Assembly (NCBI RefSeq): GCF_009914755.1
Contig: NC_060947.1
DNA length: 64,000 bases
Direction: 5' to 3' (one strand)
Source of the DNA: the human T2T-CHM13v2.0 reference genome, Homo sapiens
This document shows positions 54,138 through 64,000 of this stretch, piece by piece. The notes beneath the pieces were generated by a model. That model saw nothing but the letters and a program-made list of their open reading frames with translations. It ran no database searches and had not been told where the DNA came from. The position numbers and the translations under genes were made by a program. Each line of letters begins with the position of its first letter. The first letter of the stretch is position 1.

Positions 54138-57100
54138 GAGGGCTGATAAGATGGCCGAATGGGAACAGCTCCAGTCTGCAGCTCCCAGCTAGATCAACAC
54201 AAAAGGTGGGTGATTTCTGCATTTCCAACTGAGGTACCCGTAGTTGATCTCATTGGGACTGGTTAGACAGTGGGTACAGCCCACAGAGGGCGAGCTGAAG
54301 GAGGGTGGGGCATCGCCTCACTCAGGAAGCGCAAGGGGTCAGGGAACTCCCTCCCCTATCCAAGAGAAGCCGTGAGGGACTGAGCCATAAGAAACGATGC
54401 ATTCCAGACCAGATACTATAATTTTCCCACCGTCTTTGCAACCCACAGACCAGGAGATTCCCTTGAGTGCCTAAACCACCAGGGCCCTAGGTTTCAAGCA
54501 CAAAACTGGGCAGCCGTTTTTGGGCAGACACTGAGCTAGCTGCAGTTTTTTTTTTTTTCTTTTTCATACCTCAGTGATGCCTGGAACGCCAGCAAGACAG
54601 AACTATTCACTCCCCTGGAAAGGGGGCTGAAGCCAGGAAGCCAAGAGGTCTAGCTCAGCAGATCCCACCCCCACAGAGCCCAGCAAGCTAAGATCCACTG
54701 GCTTGAAATTCTCGCTGCCAGCACAGCAGTCTGAAGTCAAACTTGGACACTTGAGCTTGGTGGGGGGAGGGGCGTCCACCATCATTGAGGCTTGAGTAGG
54801 CAGTTTTCCCCTGACAGCGTAAACAAAGCCACCCGGAAAGTGAAACTGGGCAGAGCCCACTGCAGCTTGGCAAAGCTGCTGCAGCCAGACTGCCTCTCTA
54901 GATTCCTCCTCTCTAAGCAGAGCATCTCTGAAAGAAAGGCAGCAGCCACAGTCAGGGGCTTATAGATAAAACTCCATCTCCCTGGGACAGAGCACCTGGA
55001 GGAAGGGGCAGCTGTGGATGCAGCTTCAGCAGACTTAAACGTTCCTACCTGCCTACTCTGAAGAGAGCAGTGGATCTCCCAGCGCAGCGCTCGAGCTCTA
55101 CTAAGGGACAGACTGCCTCCTCAAGTAGGTCCCTGGCCCCCGTGCCTCCAGACTGGGAGACACCTCTCAGCAGGGGTCAACAAACACCTCATACAGGAGA
55201 GCTCTGGCTGGCATCTGGCAGGTGCCCCTAACACCTCATACAGGAGAGCTCTGGCTGGCATCTGGCAGGTGCCCCTCTGGGATGAAGCTTCCAGAGAAAG
55301 GAACAGGCAGCAATCTTTGCTGTTCTGCAGCCTCTGCTGGTGATACCCAGGCAAACAAGGTCTGGAGTGGACCTCCAGCAAACTCAGGCAGACCTGCAGC
55401 AGAGGGGCCTGAGTGTTAGAAGGAAAACTAACAAACAGAAAGGAATAGCATCAACATCAACAAAAAGGATGTCCAGACAAAAACCCCATCCGAAGGTCAC
55501 CGACATCAAAGATCGAAGTTAGATAAATCCAGGAAGATGAGGAAAAACCAGCGCAAAAAGGCTGAAAATTCCAAAAACAAGAATGCCTCTTCTCCTCCAA
55601 AAGATCACAACTACTTGCTAGCAAGGGAGCAAAACTGGATGGAGAATGAGCTTGACAAATAGACAGAAGTAGGCTTCAGGAGGTGGGTAATAACAAACTC
55701 CTCCGAGGTAAAGGATCATGTTCCAACCCAATGCAAGGAAGCTAAGAACCTTGAAAAATGTTAGAGGAATTGCTAACTAGAATAACCAGTTTAGAGAAGA
55801 ACATAAGTGACCTGAAGGAGCTGAAAAACACAGCATGAGAAGTTTGTGAAGCATACACAAGTATCAATAGCAGAATTGATCAAGCGGAAGAAAGGATATC
55901 AGAGATCGAAGATCAACTTAATGAAATAAAGTGTGAAGACAAGTTTGGAGAAAAAAGAATGAAAAGGAACCAACAAAGCCTCCAAGAAATATGGGACTAT
56001 GTGAAAAGACCAAACCTACGTTTCATTGGTATACCTGAAAGAGATGGGGAGAATGGAACCAAGCTGGAAAACACTCTTCAGGATATTATCCAGGAGAAAT
56101 TCCCCAACCTAGCAAGACAGACTAACATTCAAGTTCAGGAAATACAGAGAACACCACAAAGATACTGCTTGAGAAGAGCAACTCCAAGACACATAATCAT
56201 CAGATTCACCAAGGTTGAAATGAAAGAAAAAATGTTAAGGGCAGCCAGAGAGAAAGGTTGGGTTACCCAAAAAGGGAAGCACATCAGACTAACAGCAGAT
56301 CTCTCTGCAGAGACCCTACAAGGCAGAAGAGAGTAGGGGCCAATATGAAACATTCTTAAAGGAAAGAATTTTCAACCTAGAATTTCATATTTAGCCAAAC
56401 TAAGCTTCACAAGTCAAGGAGAAATAAAATCCCTTACAGACAACAAATGCTGAGAGATTCTGTCACCACCGGGCCCACCTTACAAGAGCTCCTGAAGTAA
56501 GCACTAAATATGGAAAGAAAAACCCGTATCAGCCACTGCAAATACATACCAAATTGTGAAGACCATCAACGCTATGAAGAAACCGCATGAACTAATGGAC
56601 AAAACAACCAGCTAGAATCATGACAGGATCAAATTCACACATAACAATGTTAACCATAAATGTAAAGGGGCTAAATACCCAATTAAAAGACATAGCCTTG
56701 AAAATTGGGTAAAGAGTCCAGACCAATCAATGTGCTGTATTTAGGAGACACACATAGGCTCAAAATAAAGGGATGAAGGAACATTTACTAAGCAAATGGA
56801 AAGCAAAAAAAAAGCAGAGATTTCAATCCTAGTCTCTGATAAAACAGACTTTAAACCAACAAAGATCAAAAAAGACAAAGAAGGGCATTACAGAATGGTA
56901 AAGGGATCAATGCAACAAAAAGAGCTAACCATCCTAGATATATATGCACTCAATACAGGAGCACCCAGATTCATAAAGCAAGTTCTTAGAAACCTACAAA
57001 GAGACTTAGACTCCCACACAATAATAGTGGGAGACTTTAACACCCCACTGTCAATATTAGATCAACACGACAGAAAATTAACAAGGATATTCAGGACTTG

Positions 57101-59757
57101 AACTCAGCTCTGGACCAAGCGGACCTAATAGATATCTACAGAACTCTCCACCCCAAATTAACAGAATATACATTCTTCTCACCACCACATCACACTTATT
57201 CTAAAATTGACCACATAATTGAAAGTAAAACACTCCTTAGCAAATGCAAAAGAATGGAAATCATAACAAACAGTCTCTAGGAAAACAGTGCAATCAAACT
57301 GGAACTCAGGATTAAGGAACTCACTCAAAACCACACAACTACATGGAAAGGGAAAAACGTGCTCCCGAATGGCTACTGGGTAAATAATGAAATTAAGGCA
57401 GAAATAAAGAAGTTCTTTGAAATGAATGAGAACAAATACACAATGTACCAGAATCTCTGGGATACAGCTAAAGCAGTGTTTACAGGGAAATTTATAGCAC
57501 TAAATGCCCACAGGAGAAAGCAGGAAATATCTAAAATCGACAATCTAACATCACAATTAAAAGAACTAGAGAAACAAGAGCAAACAGATTCAAAAGCTAG
57601 CAGAAGACAAGAAATAACTAAGAGCAGAACTGAAGGAGACAGAGACACGAAAACCCTTCAAAAAATCAATGAATCCAGGAGCTGGTTTTTTGAAAAGAAT
57701 AACAAAATAGACTGCTAGCCACACTATTAAAGAGGAAAAGAGAGAAGAATCAAATAGACACAATAAAAAATGACAAAGGGGATATAATCATTGATCTCAC
57801 AGAAATACAAACAACCATCAGAGAATACTATAAACAACTCTACACAAATAAACTAGAAAATCTAGAAGAAATAGAGAAATTCCTGGAAACATACACCCTC
57901 CCAAGATGAAACCATGAAGAAGTCGAATGCCTGAATATACCAATAACAAATTCTAAACTCGAGGCAGTAATTATAGCCTACCAACCAAAAAAAGTCCAGG
58001 ACAAGACAAATTCACAGCCAACTTCTACCAGAGATGCAAAGAGGAGCTGCTGCCATTCCTTCTGAAACTGTTCCAAATAATAGAAAAATAGGGACTCCTC
58101 CCTAATCTTTTTATGAGGCCAGTATCATCCTGAGAGCAAACCTTCCAGAGAAACAACAACATATCCCAGATGAACACAGATGCAAAAATCCTCAATAAAT
58201 ACTGGCAAACCAAATCCAGCAGCACATCAAAAAGCTTATCCACCACGAAAAAGACAGCTTCATCCCTGGGATGTAAGGTTGGTTCAACATATGCCAATCA
58301 ATAAATGTAATCCATCACATAAACAGAACCAATGACAAAAACCACATGATTATCTTAACAGATCCAGAAAAGGCCTTCAACAAAATTCAACACCCGTTCA
58401 TGCTAAAAACTCTCAATAAACTAGGTATTGATGGAACATATTTCAAAATAGTAAGAGCTATTTATGAGGAACCCATAGCCAATATCATACTGAATGGGCA
58501 AAAGCTGGAAGCATTCCCTTTGAAAACCGGCACAAGACAATAATGCCCTCTCTCACCACTCCTATTCAACACAGTATTGGAATTTATGGCCAGGGCAATC
58601 AGGCAAGAGAAAGAAATAAAGGGTATTCAAATAGGAGGAGAGGAAGTCAAATTGTTTCTGTTTGCAGATGACATTATTGTATATTTAGAAAACCCCATCA
58701 TCTCAGCCAAAAATCTCCTTAAGCTGATAAGCAACTTCAGCAACGCCTCAGGATACAAAATCAGTGTGCAAAAATCACAAGCATTCCTATACACCAATAA
58801 CAGACAAAAAGAGAGACAAATAATGGGGGAACTCCTATTCACATTTGCTACAAAGGGAATAAAATACATAGGAATAGAACTTACAAGCGATGTGAAGGAC
58901 CTCTTCAAGGAGAACTATAAACCACTGCTCAAGGAAATAAGAGAGGACACAATCAAATGGAAAAACATTCCATGCTCATGGATAGGAAGAATCAATACCG
59001 TGAAAATGGCCATAGTGCCCAAAGTAATTTATAGATTCAATGCTATTCCCATCAAGCTACCATTGACTTTCTTCACAGAATTAGAAAAAATTACTTTAAA
59101 TTGCATATGGAAGCAAAAAAGAGCCTGTATAGCCAAGACAATCCTAAGCAAAAAGAACAAAGCTGGAGGCATCACGCTACCTGACTTCAAACTATACTAC
59201 AAGGCTACAGTAACCAAAACAGCATGGTACTGGTACCAAAACAGATATATAGGCCAACGAAACAGAACAGGGGCCTCAGACATAATGCCACACATCTACG
59301 ACCATCTGGTTTTTGACAATCCTGACAAGAACAAGCAAAGAGGAAAGGATTCCCTATTTAATAAATGGCATTAAAAAATCTGGCTAGCCATATGCAGAAA
59401 ACTGAAACTGGATCCCTTCCTCACACCTTACACAAAAATTAACTCAAGATGGATTAAAGACTTAAACGTAAAACCTAAAACCATAAAAACCCTAGAAGAA
59501 AACCTAGGCAATATCATTCAGGACATAGGCATGGGCAACTACTTCATGACAAAAACACAAAAAGCAATGGCAACAAAAGCCAAAACTGACAAATGGGATC
59601 TAATTAAACTAAAGAGCTTTTGCATAGCAAAATAAACTATCATCAGAGTGAACAGGCAACCTACAGAATGGGAGAAAATTTTTGGAATCTATCCTTCTGA
59701 CAAAGGGTTAATATCCAGAATCTACAAGGAACTTAAACAATTTTACAAGAAAAAAAC
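54138..59757 (+). mobile_element. L1PA (about L1PA7/8): 5' UTR, ORF1, most of ORF2; 3' ~0.9 kb missing; antisense to RPS6KA6
   Basis: 5' start aagatggccgaatgggaacagctcc. ORF1 remnant 55959-56336. EN 56796-57280. RT 58577-59374 (LFADD). Multiple stops and frameshifts. Confidence 0.95.
55183..55276 (+). repeat. Perfect 47-bp tandem duplication
   Basis: aacacctcatacaggagagctctggctggcatctggcaggtgcccct at 55183-55229 and 55230-55276. Confidence 0.97.
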
Positions 59758-62700
59758 ATGCATGATGCGCAGGTTTGTTACATAGGTAAACGTCTGCCAT
59801 GGTGGTTTGCTACACAGATTAACACGTCACTTAGGTATTAAGCCCAGCATGCATTAGCTATTTATCCTGAGGCTCTGCCTCCCCTGATCCCCATAACAGG
59901 GCCCAGTGTGTGTTGTTCTCCGACATGTGTCCATGGGTTCTCATTGTTCAGCTCCCTTATACGTGAGAATACTCAGTGTCTGGCTTTCTGTTCCTGAGTT
60001 AGTTTGCTAAAAATAATGGCTTCCAGCTATATCCATGTCCCTGCAAAGAACATCCTTTTCATGGCTGCATAGTATTCCATGGTATATATGTACCACATTT
60101 TCTTTATCCAGTCTATCATTGATGGGCATGTGGGTTGATTCCATGACTTTGCTATTATAAATAGTGCTGCAGTGAACATATGTACGCATGTATCTTTATA
60201 AGAGAATTATTTACATTCCCTTGGGTATATACCCAGTAATGGGATTGCTGGGTCAAATGGTATTTCTCATTCTAGTTCACTGAGGAAACACCACGCTGTC
60301 TTCCATAATGGTTGAACAAATTTACATTCCAACCAACAATGTAAAAGTGTTCCTATTTATGCACAGCCTTGCCAGCATTTGTTGTTTCTTGACTTTTTAA
60401 TAATTGCCATTCTAACTGGTGTGAAATGGTATCTCATTGTGGTTTTGATTTGCATTTCTCTAGTGATCAGTGATGTTGAGCTTTTTTACCTATATTTCTG
60501 GCTACATAAATGTCTTCTTTTGAGAAGTGTCTGTTCTTCTCCTTTGACAACTTTTGAATGTTTTCTTGTAAATTTGTTTAAGTTCCTTGCAGATTGTAAA
60601 TACTAGACCTTTGTCAGATGGATAGATTGAAAAATTTTTCTCCCACTCTGTAGTCTCTCTGTTCACTCTGATGATAGTTTCTTTTGCTGTGAAGAAGCTC
60701 TTTAGTTTAATTAGATCCCATTTGTCAATTGTTTGCTTTTGTTGCAACTGCTTTTGTCATTTTTGTCATTGAAATCTTTGCCTGTTTCTATGTCCTGAAT
60801 GGTATTGCCTAGATTTTCTTCTAGGGTGTTTATAGTTTTGGGTTTAACATTTAAGTCTTTAATCCATCTAGAGTTAATTTTTGTATAAGGTGTATGGAAG
60901 GGGTCCAGTTTCAATTTTCTGCATATGGCTAGCCAGTTCCCCAGCACCCTTTATTAAATAAGGAATCCTTTCCCCATTGCTTGTTTTTCTCAGGTTTGTC
61001 AAAGATCAGATGGTTGTAGATGTGTAGTCTTATTTCTGAGTTTCTATTCTGTTCCATTGGTCTATGTGTCTGTTTTCGTACAAGTATCAAGCTGTTTTGG
61101 TTACTGTAGCCTTGTAGTATAGTTTGAAGTCAAGTAGTGTGATGCCTCCAGCTTTGTACTTTTTGCTTAGGATTGTCTTAGATATTTGGGCTATTTTTTG
61201 GTTCTATATAAATTTTAAAATAGTTTCTTCTAATTCTGTGAAGAATGTCAATGGTAGTTTAGTGGGAATACCCTTTAATCTATAAATTGCTTTGGTCAGT
61301 ATGGCCACTTTCATGATATCGATTCTTCCTAACAATGAGCATGGGACGTTTTTCCATTTGTTTGTGTCCTAATTTCCATGAGCAGTGGTTTGTAGTTCTC
61401 CTTGAAGAGGTCCTTCACTTCCCTTGTTAGCTGTATTCGTAGGTGTTTTATTCTTTTTGTAGCAATTGTGAATGGGAGTTCATTTATGATTTGCCTCTCC
61501 GCTTGCCTGTTGTTGGGGCATAGAAATGCTAGCAATCTTTGCAAATTGATTTTGTATCCTGAGATTTGCTGAAGTTGCATCAGCTTAAGAAGCTTTTGGG
61601 CTGAGACAATGGGGTTTTCTAGATATAAGATCAAGTCATCTGCAAAGAAAGAAAATTTGACTTCTCTATTTGAATACCCTTTATTTTGTTCTCTTGCCTG
61701 ATTGCCCTGGCCAGAAATTCCAATTATATGCTGAATAGGAGTGGTGAGAGAGGGCATCTTTGTCTTGTGCCTGTTTTCAAGGGGAATTCTTCCAGCTTTT
61801 GCCCATTCAGTATGATATTGGCTGTAGGTTTCTCATATTATTTTCTTAACATTTTGAGGCATGCTCCTTTAGTACCCAGTTTATTGAGCATTTTTAACAT
61901 GAAGTGATGTTGAATTTTCTGCATTATTGAGATAATTGTGGTTTTTGTCTTTAGTTCTGTCTATGTGATGAATCACATTTATTGATTTTCATATGTTGAA
62001 CCAACCTTACATCCTGGGGATGAAACCAACTTGATTGTGGTGGATAAGCTTTTTGATGTGCTGCTGAATTCAGTTTGCCAGTTTTTACTGAGGATTTTTG
62101 TGTTGATGTTCAACAGGGATACTGAACTGGAGTTATTTGTTGTTGTTACATCTCTGTCAGGTTTTGATATCAGGATGAATCTAGCATCATAAAATGAGTT
62201 AGGGAGGAGTCCCTCCTTTTCGATTTTTTGGAATATTTTCAGAAGGAATGGTACCAGCTCTTCTTTGTACCTCTGGTAGAATTCAGCTGTGAATCCATCT
62301 GGTCCTGGGCTTTTTTGGTTGGTAGGCTATTACTGCCTCAATTTCATAACTCACAATTGGTCTATTCAGGGATTCAATTTCTTCCTGGTTGTCACAGGAG
62401 GGTGCATGTTCCAGGAATTTATCCATTATTCTAGATATTCTAGTTTATGTGCATAGAGGTGTTTATTCTCTGGTGGTTGTTTTTATTTTTGTGGGATCAG
62501 TGGTGATATCCCCCTTATAATTTCTGATTGTGTCTATTGTCTATTTGATTCTTCTCTCTTCTGTCTAGCTAGTTGTCTATTTTATTAATTTTGTTTTTTA
62601 AAAATCAGCCCCTGGTTTTGTTGACTTTTTGAGGGTTTTTTGTGTCTCTATATCCTTCAGTTCAGCTCTGATTTTGGTTATTTCCTGTATTCTCATAGCT

Positions 62701-64000
62701 TTGTGTTTGTTTGCCCTTGGTTCTCTAGTTCTTTCTGTTGTGATGTTAGGTTGTTAATTAGAGATCTTTCTAACTTTTTGATGTGGACATTTTGTGCTAT
62801 AAATTTCCCTCAACACTGTTTTAGCTGAGTCTCAGAGATTCTGGTACATTGTCTCTTTGTTTTCATTAGTTTCAAAGAACTTCTTGATTTCTGCCTTAAT
62901 TTCATTATTTATCCAGGAGTCATTCAGGAGTAGTTTCTTCAATTTCCGTGTAGTTGTGTGGTTTTGAGTAAATATCTTAATCTTGAGTTCTAATTTGATT
63001 GTGCTGTGGTCAGAGGACTGTTTGTTATGATTTCAGTTTTTCTTTTTTTTTGCATTTGCTGAGGAGTGTTTTATTTCCAATTGCGTGATCAATTTTAAAG
63101 TAAATGCCGCCTAGCAATGAGAAGAATGCATATTCTGTTGATTTTTGGTGGAGAGTTCCAAAGATACCTATCAGGTCCTCTTGATACAAAAATCTTCAAG
63201 TCCTGAAGGTTTTTGTTAATTGTCTGTCTTGATAATCTGTATAATATTGTCACAGGAGTTCTAAAGTCGCCCACTATTATTGTGTGGGAGTCTAAGTCTC
63301 TTTATAAGTCTCTCAATAACTTGCTTTATGAATCTGGATGCTCCTTTATTGGGTGCATATATATTTATGATAGTTAGTTCTCCTTATTGACTTGAGCCCT
63401 TTACCATCATGTAATGCCCTTCTTTGTCTTTTGATTTTTTAAAGTGTATTTTGTCAGAAACTAGGATTGCAACCCCTGCTTTTTTCTGTTTTCTATTTGC
63501 TTGGTAAATTTTCCTCCATCCTTTTATTCTGCGTCTCTGTGTGTCTTCGCAGGTGAGATGGGTCTCTTAAAGACTGCATACCATTGGGTCTTGACTGTTT
63601 ATCCAGCTTGGCATTCTGTGTCTTTTAATTGAGGAATTTAGCCTATTTACATTTAAGGTTAATATTGTTATGTGTGAATTTGGTCTTGTCATTATGATGC
63701 TAGTTGGTTATTTTGCATACTTGTTTATGTGGTTGTTTCATAATGTAACTGGTCTGTGTACTTCAGTGTGTTTTTGTAGTGGCTGGTACCAGTTTTTCCT
63801 TTTCATATTTAGTGCTTCCTTCGGGAGCTCTTGCAAGGCAGGCCTGGTCGTGAAGAATTCCCTAAGCATTTACTCATCTGAAAGAGACCTTATTTCTCCT
63901 TCGCTTGTGAAGTTTATTTTGCCCAGGTATGAAATTCTGGGTTGGAAATTCTTTTCTTTAAGAATGTTAAAATATTGGCCCCCAAGCTCTTTTGGCTTGT
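59758..64000 (-). mobile_element. Older L1PA: 3' UTR (no poly-A tail), ORF2 and end of ORF1, continuing beyond the window; sense to RPS6KA6
   Basis: gcaggtttgttacataggtaaacgt 3' UTR. ORF2 remnants 60502-60947 and 61329-61757 (FFADD). Confidence 0.95.

Noticed and set aside
58577-59374. 265-aa ORF with an RT LFADD motif
   Set aside because: L1 ORF2 remnant with stops on both sides. Not a retron or other novel RT system.

Overview
Primate (very likely human) AT-rich genomic DNA, mostly interspersed repeats (roughly three quarters by eye). The only protein-coding content is the 3' end of RPS6KA6 (RSK4, X-linked) on the minus strand: the penultimate coding exon (40097-40237), the last coding exon (39403-39528) and a ~6 kb 3' UTR that probably ends near 33.47 kb. 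Positions above 40237 are intron packed with L1s, and positions below ~33 kb are intergenic with nested L1, MaLR-LTR, Alu and DNA-transposon fossils. Most other ORF-track entries are decayed L1, MaLR or Alu reading frames or chance ORFs. I found no convincing new biological system. The most unusual structures are: (1) an L1PA 3' end in which ~280 bp is replaced by an inverted ~317 bp copy of another L1 3' end, with 4-bp microhomologies at both junctions; (2) an intronic tail-to-tail L1 fusion forming a ~3.4 kb-arm inverted repeat and removing the poly(A) end of the gene-sense L1; (3) an L1 5' UTR whose antisense direction points into the last two RSK4 exons ~700 bp away. Repeat subfamily names come from recalled consensus motifs, and repeat boundaries are approximate unless a TSD is given.
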